The position numbers and the translations under genes are program-made. Shown here piece after piece: positions 36,931-48,100 of a stretch of 64,000 nt of DNA (the stretch's first letter is position 1; every line of letters begins with the position of its first letter). The notes beneath the pieces were generated by a model that was not told the DNA's origin, ran no database searches, and was given only the letters and a program-made list of their open reading frames with translations. The DNA is taken from the NCBI GenBank assembly GCA_029060305.1, contig JAIDUG010000054.1, forward strand, positions 38,612 through 102,611. Reading direction: 5' to 3'. Origin of the DNA: Ruminococcus sp. (lineage in GTDB: Bacteria > Bacillota > Clostridia > Oscillospirales > Ruminococcaceae).

Positions 36931-38511
36931 ATGGTTTTTAACTGCAAAATGTGCGGAGCTAATCTCAACGTAAAGTCCGGTATGCGTATATGTAAGTGTG
37001 ATTACTGCGATTCCGTGCAGACTATTCCCGACCTGAGCAGTGAAAAGAAACTGAAACTTTTCAATAAAGCCAATGCTTTGCGATTTGCTTGTGATTTCGA
37101 CAGGGCAGGGGACGTTTACAGGGATATTGTTACAGATTTTCCCGAAGAAGCTGAGGCTTACTGGGGGCTTTGCCTTTGTAAGTACGGTATAGAGTACGTT
37201 GTAGACCCCGAAACTCAGAACAGAGTTCCGACTTGTCACCGTACGTCTTTTGAAAAGATTCACGATATACCAGAGTTCAGGAAAGTCCTTGAATATTCCG
37301 ACGTAAATTTAAGAAATATTTATATACAGCTTGCTGAAGTGATTGACAACATTCAGCAGAGGATTCTTGCGATTGCAGTGAACGAAAAGCCGTTTGATGT
37401 TTTCATATGTTACAAGGAGACTGACGAAAACGGTAACCGTTCAGCAGATGCACTTCTTGCTGAAAAACTCTACTCAGAACTTACACGACAGAATATAAAA
37501 GTATTTTTTGCACCGGTAACTCTCAAAGGAAAGTTAGGTACTGAGTTTGAACCTTACATATATTCGGCGATAAACTCCGCACAGATTATGGTATGTGTGG
37601 GAACTTCTCAGGAACATTTCGATTCCGTATGGGTAAGAAACGAATGGAGCAGGTTTATTGAACTCATGAAGAAAGACAAGGCAAAAATACTTATTCCGTG
37701 TTATTCTGAGATGTCGGTAAGTCAGTTGCCGGTTGACTTCAGAGGATTTCAGGCACAGGATTTGGCGGAAACAGATTCTTTTGAAAATATTGTGAAAAAC
37801 GTTCAGGACATTATGAAAGCAAGCGAGGGGGCAAAGTCACAACTCAATATTCTTATGGAGCAGTTTGAGGGACAATTAAAAAATGAACGTTCAAAGTTGC
37901 GTATGCTTGAAAATATACATCATCAGCAGATGGTTTACGAAAAGAAGAACGCTAAAGAGATGTTTAAAAAAGAATACTGGAATCCAGCATATATAGTAAT
38001 ACTTGACTTTTTTATTATGCTGATAACTGCGTGCATAACAATCGGTGGTGGTTTACCGGACGGCGTAATATTTGCAAGCGTGGCGGTGGCTATTATATTA
38101 CCGTTGGCGATTATATTTCCCTATGCCAATAAACGCAACAAAAAAGCACGTGAAAATCTTTCACGCCGTCTTGCATACGACGAAAACGCAAACGGTTTTG
38201 ATTATGGAAGTCAGGACAGTGAAATAGTTCAGCTTCGTGAAATAGCTATGAAAAATTACGAAAAACAACATTTTACAGCAAGAAAAACAATCGGTCTGTA
38301 TATTCTATGGAGTTGGTTTTCATTTCTTCCAAAAAGTTTCATTGAGGGAATATTAGGTAATGATTACTATAAAAATTCGTCTGTTTTTACAGCAATTTTC
38401 AATGTGATAATACCTGTTATCGCACTTGCTTTTATAATCAGGCGTAATGTAAAGCTGAAAAAAGAACTCAACGAAAAGTTAGAGGAGATAAACAAGAAAA
38501 ATAAAATATGA
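36931..38511 (+). CDS. Zn-ribbon + TPR-like + TIR-domain protein with ~4 C-terminal TM helices
   Basis: CKMCG...CDYCD; EAEAYWGL.LCKYG; TIR motifs PFDVFICYKETD, KVFFA..TL and SVWVRNEWSRF (Glu at 37642-37644); four hydrophobic segments after residue ~350; GAGGTGA RBS. Confidence 0.85.
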   Translation: MVFNCKMCGANLNVKSGMRICKCDYCDSVQTIPDLSSEKKLKLFNKANALRFACDFDRAGDVYRDIVTDFPEEAEAYWGLCLCKYGIEYVVDPETQNRVPTCHRTSFEKIHDIPEFRKVLEYSDVNLRNIYIQLAEVIDNIQQRILAIAVNEKPFDVFICYKETDENGNRSADALLAEKLYSELTRQNIKVFFAPVTLKGKLGTEFEPYIYSAINSAQIMVCVGTSQEHFDSVWVRNEWSRFIELMKKDKAKILIPCYSEMSVSQLPVDFRGFQAQDLAETDSFENIVKNVQDIMKASEGAKSQLNILMEQFEGQLKNERSKLRMLENIHHQQMVYEKKNAKEMFKKEYWNPAYIVILDFFIMLITACITIGGGLPDGVIFASVAVAIILPLAIIFPYANKRNKKARENLSRRLAYDENANGFDYGSQDSEIVQLREIAMKNYEKQHFTARKTIGLYILWSWFSFLPKSFIEGILGNDYYKNSSVFTAIFNVIIPVIALAFIIRRNVKLKKELNEKLEEINKKNKI

Positions 38512-38525
38512 AAGGAAAATTTAAA

Positions 38526-39896
38526 ATGATACATAAGTACAAATTAAACGGATTCAATATAGTTCTTGACGTGAACAGCGGAGGCGTACACATTGTTGAC
38601 GAGCTTACATATGACTTACTTGACAATGTTGAGCCTCCTTTTGCAGAAGAGTGTCCTGAAAAGGTACTCGGAAAACTCTCAAAGGTCTATGATGTAGAGG
38701 ACGTTAAAACTTGTTACAAGGAAATTGTTGAACTCTACAACGACAAGATACTTTTTTCTGATGACGACTATGAAAAATATGCACAGTATTCAGTAGCTTC
38801 ACCTGTAAAGGCAATGTGTCTTAATATCGCACACGACTGCAATCTGCGTTGTAAATACTGTTTCGCATCTACCGGAGATTTCGGTAAGGGCAGAAAATTA
38901 ATGTCCTTTGAGACAGGAAAACACGCTATTGACTTTCTGCTTGAAAAGTCCGGAGACCGTCAGAACCTTGAATTAGACTTTTTCGGCGGAGAGCCTTTAA
39001 TGAATTTCGACGTTGTAAAGCAGATTGTTACTTATGCACGTAGCCGTGAAAAAGAGTTCAACAAGAAATTCCGTTTCACAATCACTACAAACGGACTTCT
39101 TCTTGACGACGACAAAATAGACTTTATCAACAAGGAAATGTCAAATGTTGTACTTTCGATTGACGGAAGAAAAGAAGTTAATGACTATATGCGTGTACGT
39201 GTTGACGGAACGGGCTGTTATGACAAGATTCTCCCTGCTTTCAGGAAACTTGTTGACGGCAGAGGCGAAAAAGAGTACTATGTGCGAGGTACTTTCACAA
39301 ATCACAATCTTGACTTTGCTGAGGACGTTTTCGCACTTTATAACGCAGGTTTCGACCAGATTTCAATAGAGCCTGTTGTGGGGGATTCTGACGAATACGC
39401 TCTCACTGAAAAGGATTTGCCGAAAGTTTTCAACGAGTACGAAAGACTTGCGAAAAAAATCATCGAAAACGAAAAGAACGGTAAGAAATTCAATTTCTTC
39501 CATTTTATGATAGACCTTGACCAAGGACCTTGTGCTATAAAAAGATTGCGTGGTTGTGGTTGCGGAAACGACTATGTAGCTATTACTCCAGACGGAGATA
39601 TTTTCCCGTGTCACCAGTTTGTCGGAATTGATGAGTACAAAATGGGCAACATTGATGAGGGTACTTTCAATCAGGAAATGAAACAGGATTTTGCAAAAGC
39701 ACACGTTTATACAAAACCCGAATGTAAAAAGTGCTGGGCAAAGTTTTATTGTAGTGGCGGTTGTAACGCTAACAATTATCAGTATATGGGCGACATCAGA
39801 ACAGCACACAAACTTTCATGTCAGCTTGAAAAGAAGCGTCTTGAATGTGCAATCATGCTGAAAGCTATCCGAATTTTCGGCGAACAAGAACAGTAA
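38526..39896 (+). CDS. scfB: SCIFF radical SAM/SPASM thioether cross-link maturase
   Basis: MIHKYKLNG.NIVLDVNSG N-terminus (RRE-like), CNLRCKYC, FFGGEP, SPASM GCG.G...PC and CWAKFYCSGGC.AN; alternative start 38508 overlaps the TIR stop (ATGA). Confidence 0.95.
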   Translation: MIHKYKLNGFNIVLDVNSGGVHIVDELTYDLLDNVEPPFAEECPEKVLGKLSKVYDVEDVKTCYKEIVELYNDKILFSDDDYEKYAQYSVASPVKAMCLNIAHDCNLRCKYCFASTGDFGKGRKLMSFETGKHAIDFLLEKSGDRQNLELDFFGGEPLMNFDVVKQIVTYARSREKEFNKKFRFTITTNGLLLDDDKIDFINKEMSNVVLSIDGRKEVNDYMRVRVDGTGCYDKILPAFRKLVDGRGEKEYYVRGTFTNHNLDFAEDVFALYNAGFDQISIEPVVGDSDEYALTEKDLPKVFNEYERLAKKIIENEKNGKKFNFFHFMIDLDQGPCAIKRLRGCGCGNDYVAITPDGDIFPCHQFVGIDEYKMGNIDEGTFNQEMKQDFAKAHVYTKPECKKCWAKFYCSGGCNANNYQYMGDIRTAHKLSCQLEKKRLECAIMLKAIRIFGEQEQ

Positions 39897-40255
39897 TGAA
39901 ACGCAAAACACGTACAATAACAGTAAACGGTAAAAAATACGTATGGTGGTGGGGAGTATACTACGATTCAACTGAGTTGTATCTTTCACCGGAGGGTGAT
40001 AAAACTTCTGTAATAAGAGTGGACTTTACAGAAAAGTGTATTAATGGTAATTTTAATATGGGCGTTATTATCAGGAAAAACGGTACGGAAAAAACTGTAA
40101 AAATAATCGAGCCTGCAATGGCAGGATTACTTCTGCCGTACATACAGGAGCAGGCAATATTTATTCCACGCAAGAATATATTTATAGACGGTTGTGAACT
40201 TCTCAGAAAAATGGGTTATGAAGTTATCGGGATAAAGAAAGGTCTGTACTGGTGA
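39896..40255 (+). CDS. Hypothetical protein (119 aa), translationally coupled to scfB
   Basis: TAATG stop/start overlap at 39894-39898; no motif recognised. Confidence 0.7.
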   Translation: MKRKTRTITVNGKKYVWWWGVYYDSTELYLSPEGDKTSVIRVDFTEKCINGNFNMGVIIRKNGTEKTVKIIEPAMAGLLLPYIQEQAIFIPRKNIFIDGCELLRKMGYEVIGIKKGLYW

Positions 40256-40261
40256 TAATTA

Positions 40262-41302
40262 ATGAAAAAAATGACAGTGGGTTTTATTACTGTATTGACT
40301 GCCTTAATTGTAGCGGTCTGTATGCATATTAAACACGAAGAAACACGCATACACAATGCAAAAATTGAACTCGGCAAGAAAAATGCTTGCGAATATATGA
40401 AACAAAAGTATGGAATAGAGGTTGAAGTTGTCAAAGTATCGGTTATAGAAGAAGATGATATATTCAGTAGTTGGGAAGGCGATGACGTATGGGTGACTGT
40501 CAGCGAAAACGACAAGGAATATAATGTTAAAATAAGCGGTGTTGAAGAAAATGCCGACGGTTTAGACGACTATCAGGCGGAAGAAATTGAAAAAGCCCTT
40601 ATTGATATGATAAAAGCCGATATGCCGACAGATTTTGAATATCATTTCTCTACGGACACAATGCGTAAATCACGTTATAAAGCCGGTAGTAAATCAAGTC
40701 TTGCGGAAATGCTTGACGGCAGAGATATTCTTGATATTTATTGCGTTAATACAGATTTGGAGGAATTACCTGTTTTTGAATTTTTAAGACGTAATATTAC
40801 CGATTGTACATTTTATTCTTTTTCGTCGCAGGAAATACTTGACGATTTCATGAAAGAAGAATATTATGATATTGAATATTATGCACCATTTATTATAAAT
40901 TATCGTGTACTAAAATTCAGAGAACGTGACAACGAATGCAGGGAATATAATCTGAAAAATTACGGTGAATTATTGTACTATGTACCACACGAAAAAGTCG
41001 ATGGTGAAATGAAAAAAGGTTTTTATGAAATTCCTGAATCCGAAATCGACTGGATAGACAGTGAATATGAAATAGTTTCAAAGGCATACGGTATTGACGA
41101 AAAAACTTCAAGAATACTTGTATGGTTTCCGATTCCCGAGGACAAAAAAGACAAGGATTTTTATTTGGCATATAGTTACTACCATGAATATGACAAAAAA
41201 ACAGTTCGGAAAACAGAAAAATGTCATATAGTCGGAAATTATGCGGTCAAGACTTTATATTCTCCTATTGCAGATATGAAAATAGCATTTCTGAGTAAAT
41301 AA
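40262..41302 (+). CDS. Hypothetical membrane-anchored extracellular protein (346 aa)
   Basis: N-terminal MKK + hydrophobic helix, acidic Tyr-rich body; starts 6 nt after the previous stop. Confidence 0.72.
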   Translation: MKKMTVGFITVLTALIVAVCMHIKHEETRIHNAKIELGKKNACEYMKQKYGIEVEVVKVSVIEEDDIFSSWEGDDVWVTVSENDKEYNVKISGVEENADGLDDYQAEEIEKALIDMIKADMPTDFEYHFSTDTMRKSRYKAGSKSSLAEMLDGRDILDIYCVNTDLEELPVFEFLRRNITDCTFYSFSSQEILDDFMKEEYYDIEYYAPFIINYRVLKFRERDNECREYNLKNYGELLYYVPHEKVDGEMKKGFYEIPESEIDWIDSEYEIVSKAYGIDEKTSRILVWFPIPEDKKDKDFYLAYSYYHEYDKKTVRKTEKCHIVGNYAVKTLYSPIADMKIAFLSK

Positions 41303-41346
41303 AAAAAGTCCGGAAGTAAATATCTTCCGGACTTATATTTTATATT
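41301..41346. terminator. Bidirectional terminator between the SCIFF operon and rpoC
   Basis: AAGTCCGGAAG-taaatat-CTTCCGGACTT flanked by A- and T-rich runs. Confidence 0.85.
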
Positions 41347-41348
41347 TT

Positions 41349-44300
41349 TCAGACTATCGGATTAATCGGAGTTGTGTTATGTTCAACGTATGATTCGTTT
41401 TTAACAACCTTTACGTGACTATAACAGTCCATACCAGTACCGGCAGGAATAAGTTTACCGATAATAACGTTTTCTTTGAGACCGAGAAGTCTGTCGCTTT
41501 TTCCTCTGATAGCAGCGTCTGTGAGAGCCTTTGTTGTTTCCTGGAATGATGCGGCTGCCATAAAGCTGTCGGAGTTGGAAGAAGCCTTTGTGATACCCTG
41601 AAGTACGGGACTTGTCTGAACAAGCTGGAGGTCATATTCACCTGCATCGATACGAGCCTGAATTTCACTGTTGATAATTTCGATTTCTTTTCTGTCAATG
41701 AAATTGCCGGGCAGGAGATAACTGCTTCCTGTTTCCTCAACCTTGATTTTGCGGAGCATTTGTCTTACGATAACTTCAATATGTTTGTCGTTGATGTCAA
41801 CACCCTGCAAACGATAAACTTTCTGTACTTCTTCGATAATGTAGTTCTGTACAGCCTGAGTGCCGAGTATATTAAGAATATCGGTCGGGTAACTGTTACC
41901 TTCGGTAAGACGAGTACCTTTTTCAATCTTGTCACCCTCAGAAACTCTTACTTTGAGATTGTAAGGAATCATATAGTTTTCAGTTTCGCCTGTTTCGGAG
42001 TTGGTGACGATAATATTCTGAGTTGTTTTTATTTCTTCAATGTGGATTGTACCGGAAATTCTTGAAAGGATAGCCGCACCCTTAGGACGTCTGCTTTCAA
42101 AAAGTTCTTCAACACGTGGGAGACCCTGTGTAATATCTTCAGCGTCAGCGGAAGCAACACCACCGGTATGGAAAGTTCTCATAGTAAGCTGTGTACCAGG
42201 TTCACCAATTGACTGAGCGGCGATAACACCTACAGCTTCACCGACTGCAACAATATTATTATTTGCGAGGTTAGCACCATAGCACTTAGCACAAACACCT
42301 GTTCTTGCTCTGCATTCGAGAACGGAGCGAATTTTGATTTTTTCAACACCAGCATCAATAATTTTGTTTGCGTCAGCATCTGTGATAAGTTTATTGCGTG
42401 AAACGATAAGTTCGCCGGATTCGTCCCTGAGGTCTTCCGAAAGGTATCTGCCTACAAGACGTTCTGCAAAAGGTTCAACTATTTCGTTTCCGTTTCTGAT
42501 TTCGTAAACTTCTATACCCTCAGTAGTTCCGCAGTCTTCCTCACGGATAATAACGTCCTGTGAAACGTCAACGAGACGACGTGTAAGATAACCTGAGTCA
42601 GCGGTTCGGAGAGCCGTATCAGCAAGACCTTTTCTTGCACCTCTCGAAGCTATGAAGTATTCGAGGATATTAAGACCCTCACGGTAATTTGCACGGATAG
42701 GGATTTCAATAACCGTACCGGAAGTATTAGCGATAAGTCCACGCATTCCGGCAAGCTGACGAATCTGTGAAATAGAACCTCTCGCACCTGAGTCAGCCAT
42801 CATCCATATAGGATTGTAGCGGTCAAAATTCTCTTTAAGTTTCTTTGTAACTTCGTCAGTCGTGTTAGTCCAGAGTGAGATAATTTTCTTTGTTTTTTCC
42901 TGAGCCGAAATATAACCGTACTCATATTCACTGGTAATCTGTTCAACTTCTGCATCAGCGTTTGCGAGTATGGCTTTCTTTTCAGGAGGAATTGAAGCGT
43001 CACATACTGCAACGGTAAGTGCTGCCCTTGTTGAATACTTGTAACCAAGAGACTTTATTCTGTCGAGAACTTCAGAAGTTGTTGTTGTGCCGTGAATTTT
43101 TATACAACGTTCAATAATATCGGAAAGCTGTTTCTTGCCGACAAGGAACGCAATTTCAAGGTCAAACTGTTTGTCGGAATTTGTTCTGTCAACATATCCG
43201 AGATTCTGCGGAATATTTTCATTGAAGATAAGTCTTCCGACAGTAGCGTCGATAATTTTTGAAACTTTCTTGTCGCCGATGTCCTTTGTGATTTTAACCT
43301 TGATATTTGCGTGAAGTGATACGTCGTGTTCATTGTAAGCCATGAGGGCTTCGTTGACATCACGGAATACTTTTCCCTCACCAATGTCACCAGGTTTATC
43401 CATAGTAAGATAGTATGAGCCAAGCACCATATCCTGTGACGGTACAGCAACTGGTTTACCGTCCGAGGGCTTGAGGAGGTTATTTGCGGCGAGCATGAGG
43501 AAACGTGCCTCTGCCTGAGCCTCTGCGGATAATGGAAGATGTACAGCCATCTGGTCGCCGTCAAAGTCGGCATTAAATGCGGAACATACAAGGGGGTGGA
43601 GTTTTATTGCACGACCCTCAACGAGAATCGGTTCAAAAGCCTGAATGCCGAGACGGTGAAGTGTAGGCGCACGGTTAAGCATAACTGGGTGGTCTTTGAT
43701 TACATCTTCAAGAGCGTCCCATACTTTGTTGTCAGCACGGTCAATGAGTTTTCTTGCACTCTTTATATTTGCTATTGCTTTTTTGTCAACAAGTCTTTTC
43801 AGTACAAACGGTTTGAAGAGTTCGAGAGCCATTTCTTTAGGAAGTCCGCACTGATACATTTTAAGCTCAGGACCTACAACGATAACAGAACGTCCGGAGT
43901 AGTCAACACGTTTACCGAGAAGATTCTGACGGAAACGTCCCTGTTTACCTTTAAGCATATCGGAAAGTGACTTCAAAGCCCTGTTGTTAGGACCTGTAAC
44001 AGGTCTGCCGTGTCTGCCGTTGTCAATAAGAGCGTCAACAGCTTCCTGTAACATTCTTTTTTCGTTTCTTACAATGATGTCGGGAGCATCGAGTTCAAGC
44101 ATTCTTTTGAGACGGTTATTTCTGTTTATAACACGTCTGTAGAGATCGTTAAGGTCGGAAGTCGCATAACGTCCGCCGTCAAGCATAATCATCGGGCGGA
44201 GGTCGGGCGGAATTACCGGAACAGCATCAAGAATCATCCACTCCGGCTTGTTTCCGGAAAGACGGAAAGCCTCAATAATCTGAAGTCTTTTAAGAATCTT

Positions 44301-45068
44301 TACTTTTTTCTGACCTGACGGAAGTCCTATAAGTTCAGTTTTGAGGTCGTTGGCAACAAGCTCAATATTGTTTTTCCAGTCAATATCAACAAGTCCGGCG
44401 AATTTCATACATTCTTCACAGGTACATTCTGTAGGGTTGTTTGTACAGTGGACTTTTTTCGTGCCGAGATAGATTTTTCCCATTTCAACGAGACGGTTTT
44501 TCAGGGAATCATATCTTTTCGGGTCGTATTCGTTAAGGAGTTTCTTTATAGCTTCCGCACCCATTTCAGCTTTGAAATCGTCTCCGTACTTTTCGAGATA
44601 GGAGAGATATTCTTTTTCTGAAAGCATTTGTTTTTTTACAAGTTCCGTGCTTCCGGGATCGGTAACTATATATTTTGTGAAGTAAAGGACTTCTTCAAGT
44701 CTTTTCTGTGAAATTTCGAGTACCTGTCCGATTCTTGACGGTGTGCCTTTGAAGTACCATATATGTGAGACAGGTGCGGCGAGTTCAATGTGTCCCATTC
44801 TTTCACGACGTACTCTTGCCCTTGTGACTTCAACACCGCAACGGTCGCACACTTTTCCTTTAAAACGGATTTTCTTGAATTTACCGCAGTGACATTCCCA
44901 GTCCTTTGTAGGTCCGAATATTCTTTCACAGAAAAGACCGTCACGTTCAGGTTTCTGGGTTCTGTAGTTAATGGTTTCAGGTCTTTCAACGATTCCGTAA
45001 GACCAGCTTCTGATTTGTTCAGGTGAAGCGAGACCGATTTTTATTGATTCAAAAGTATTAAATTCCAA
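41349..45068 (-). CDS. rpoC: DNA-directed RNA polymerase beta' subunit
   Basis: [34 protein letters not shown]; TTG start with AGGAGG RBS. Confidence 0.99.
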   Translation of the reverse strand: MEFNTFESIKIGLASPEQIRSWSYGIVERPETINYRTQKPERDGLFCERIFGPTKDWECHCGKFKKIRFKGKVCDRCGVEVTRARVRRERMGHIELAAPVSHIWYFKGTPSRIGQVLEISQKRLEEVLYFTKYIVTDPGSTELVKKQMLSEKEYLSYLEKYGDDFKAEMGAEAIKKLLNEYDPKRYDSLKNRLVEMGKIYLGTKKVHCTNNPTECTCEECMKFAGLVDIDWKNNIELVANDLKTELIGLPSGQKKVKILKRLQIIEAFRLSGNKPEWMILDAVPVIPPDLRPMIMLDGGRYATSDLNDLYRRVINRNNRLKRMLELDAPDIIVRNEKRMLQEAVDALIDNGRHGRPVTGPNNRALKSLSDMLKGKQGRFRQNLLGKRVDYSGRSVIVVGPELKMYQCGLPKEMALELFKPFVLKRLVDKKAIANIKSARKLIDRADNKVWDALEDVIKDHPVMLNRAPTLHRLGIQAFEPILVEGRAIKLHPLVCSAFNADFDGDQMAVHLPLSAEAQAEARFLMLAANNLLKPSDGKPVAVPSQDMVLGSYYLTMDKPGDIGEGKVFRDVNEALMAYNEHDVSLHANIKVKITKDIGDKKVSKIIDATVGRLIFNENIPQNLGYVDRTNSDKQFDLEIAFLVGKKQLSDIIERCIKIHGTTTTSEVLDRIKSLGYKYSTRAALTVAVCDASIPPEKKAILANADAEVEQITSEYEYGYISAQEKTKKIISLWTNTTDEVTKKLKENFDRYNPIWMMADSGARGSISQIRQLAGMRGLIANTSGTVIEIPIRANYREGLNILEYFIASRGARKGLADTALRTADSGYLTRRLVDVSQDVIIREEDCGTTEGIEVYEIRNGNEIVEPFAERLVGRYLSEDLRDESGELIVSRNKLITDADANKIIDAGVEKIKIRSVLECRARTGVCAKCYGANLANNNIVAVGEAVGVIAAQSIGEPGTQLTMRTFHTGGVASADAEDITQGLPRVEELFESRRPKGAAILSRISGTIHIEEIKTTQNIIVTNSETGETENYMIPYNLKVRVSEGDKIEKGTRLTEGNSYPTDILNILGTQAVQNYIIEEVQKVYRLQGVDINDKHIEVIVRQMLRKIKVEETGSSYLLPGNFIDRKEIEIINSEIQARIDAGEYDLQLVQTSPVLQGITKASSNSDSFMAAASFQETTKALTDAAIRGKSDRLLGLKENVIIGKLIPAGTGMDCYSHVKVVKNESYVEHNTTPINPIV

Positions 45069-45096
45069 ACTGCTACCTCCTGCAAAATAAAGGGAA

Positions 45097-45126
45097 TACA
45101 GAACTGTCTTTTCCGACAGTTCTGTA
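45097..45126 (-). other. Perfect 12-bp stem-loop in the rpoB-rpoC intergenic region
   Basis: TACAGAACTGTC-ttttcc-GACAGTTCTGTA; no clear U-tract on the coding strand. Confidence 0.7.
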
Positions 45127-45151
45127 AACGGATTTATGATACGGATTAATA

Positions 45152-48100
45152 TTATTCCTCATTGGAGGAGTCGTCAATGTCAAAACTGTCAAAAAGGTCA
45201 TTGTCGTCCTCAATAACAAGTTCGTCATCATCTTCGTCGTCGAATGCAAATTCATCGTTGGTGTAATCATCAGAATCATCTTCTTCGCTGATTTCATCGT
45301 CGTCTAAATTGAAGCCTTCACCTCTTATGTCGTCATCAGAATAGTCTGTATTGTCGGCAGTTTTTTCCTCAGAGAATGAAGTATCACGGGACTGAATCGG
45401 GTCATCGTCGTCAAAATTCTGTTTCAGGTCTATTTCGTCCTGATTAATGTCAAGCACCTTAACGTCAAGACAAAGGGACTGCATTTCCTTTATAAGAACC
45501 TTGAATGCTTCCGGAATGCCAGGAGACGGAACATTCTGCCCCTTTACAATAGCTTCGTAAGTGTTTACACGACCCTGAGTGTCGTCGGATTTTACGGTGA
45601 GGATTTCCTGAAGTGTGTATGCTGCACCGTATGCTTCCAAAGCCCATACTTCCATTTCACCGAAACGTTGACCGCCGAATTGTGCTTTACCACCGAGAGG
45701 CTGTTGCGTTACGAGAGCGTAAGGACCTACAGAACGTGCGTGAATCTTATCGTCAACGAGGTGGTGAAGTTTGAGGTAGTACATATAACCGACAGTTACA
45801 CGGTTGTCAAATTTTTCGCCTGTTCTTCCGTCATAAAGTGTAAACTTACCGTCTTCGTTCATTTCGAGGGCTTTCGGGTTTATAACTTTGTCCATAGCGT
45901 TGATTTCAAACATATCATCACGATGATTTTTATTTTTTTCGTTAGCTTCACGGAAACAAGCACGAATATCATCTTCGTGTGCGCCGTCGAAAACAGGTGT
46001 CATAATGTGCCAGCCGAGAGCCTTACAAGCCATACCGAGATGTACTTCGAGAACCTGACCGATATTCATACGTGAGGGAACGCCGAGAGGATTCAGCACA
46101 ATGTCAAGCGGAGTACCGTCGGGGAGGAAAGGCATATCTTCTTCCGGAAGAATACGTGAAACAACACCCTTGTTACCGTGACGACCAGCCATTTTGTCGC
46201 CGACAGTAATTTTTCTTTTCTGTGCAATGTAGCAGATTACACGCATATTAACGCCTGCACTGAGTTCGTCGCAGTTTTCCCTTGTGAATACCTTTACGTC
46301 CACAATAACGCCTGACGCACCGTGCGGAACTTTGAGGGAATTGTCACGTACTTCACGGGCTTTTTCACCGAAAATAGCACGGAGCAGACGTTCTTCAGCA
46401 GTCAGCTCAGTTTCGCCCTTAGGTGTGACCTTACCGACGAGAATGTCGCCGGAGTTGACTTCCGAACCGATACGGATAATACCGTTTTCATCGAGGTTTG
46501 CGAGAGCGTCGTCACCAACGTTTGGAATATCTCTTGTGATTTCCTCAGGACCGAGTTTTGTATCACGACATTCAATTTCGTATTCTTCAATATGAACAGA
46601 TGTAAACACGTCTTCACGGACAAGTCTTTCGTTGAGGAGTACAGCATCTTCGTAGTTGTAACCCTCCCACGTCATGAAACCGATAAGGGCGTTTTTACCG
46701 AGGGAAATTTCACCGTCAGCAGTAGCAGGACCGTCAGCAAGTACCTGACCTTTTTTGACTTCCTCACCGACTGAGACGATAGGTTTCTGATTTACGCAAG
46801 TACCTTGGTTGGAACGTTTAAACTTTGTGAGTTCGTATTTGTGTTCAATGCCGGTACTGTCAATCATATGGATTCTGTTAGCATCAACATATGAAATTCT
46901 TCCGTCATATTCAGCAACGATACAAACACCGGAGTCAACAGCAGCCTTGTATTCCATACCAGTACCAACGAAAGGTCTTTCTGTTCTAAGAAGCGGTACG
47001 GCTTGTTTCTGCATATTTGAACCCATTAACGCACGATTTGCGTCGTCGTTTTCAAGGAAAGGAATCATTGAAGTTGCAACGGAAACAACCATTTTCGGTG
47101 AAACGTCCATAAAATCAACTTTTTCACGTTCACACTCAAGAATCTGGTCACGGTAACGTGCATTGACACGTGGACGTTTGAGTTTTCCGTCTTCTGTAAG
47201 CGGTTCGTTAGCCTGAGCAACGATATAATTGTCTTCAACATCGGCTGTCATATAGATAACTTCATTTGTAACAATGCCTGTTTCCTTGTCAACACGTCTG
47301 TAAGGAGCTTCAATAAATCCGTAGTCGTTTATTCTTGCGAAAGTTGCAAGGTAGGAAATAAGTCCGATGTTAGGACCTTCAGGGGTTTCGATAGGACACA
47401 TTCTTCCGTAGTGACTGTAGTGAACGTCACGCACTTCAAATCCGGCTCTGTCTCTTGAGAGACCACCAGGACCAAGTGCTGATAAACGTCTTTTGTGAGT
47501 AAGTTCAGAAAGAGGGTTGTTCTGGTCCATAAACTGAGAAAGAGGTGAGGAACAGAAAAATTCTTTCATAGCGGAAGAAATAGGTCTGATATTTATAAGA
47601 GACTGAGGAGTAAGTGTGCTTGTATCCTGAGTCTGAATATTCATTCTTTCACGGATACTGCGTTCCATTCTTGCGTAACCGATTCTGAATTGATTCTGAA
47701 GAAGTTCGCCTACTGAACGGATACGCCTGTTTCCGAGGTGGTCAATATCGTCAACAGTGCCGACACCTTCGCAGAGGTTGAGGAAGTAGCTGATAGTTGC
47801 GAAAATATCGTCAAGAATAATATGCTTCGGAACGAGTTCGTCGGCACGTTTTTTTACGTTTTCTTCGATTTCGTCATCGTCAGCGGAAGTTTCGAGAATT
47901 TCACGGAGAACCTTGAAAGAAACTTTTTCATTTACGCCGTATTTTTCAGCGTCGAAATTGATATATTGCTTTATATCAACCATACCGTTACCGATAATCT
48001 TTGCGACTTTTTCGACCATACGGATTTCTGTTTCGTCTCTGTCGTTCTTGAAATATTCCTTTACTTCAACGTTTACGAAAGCGTGATAGACGCCAGCCTG

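Noticed and set aside
36931-38511. Canonical Thoeris defence system
   Set aside because: No ThsA-type (SIR2/Macro/SLOG) effector gene is nearby; the architecture differs, so it is reported as an unexplained TIR protein.
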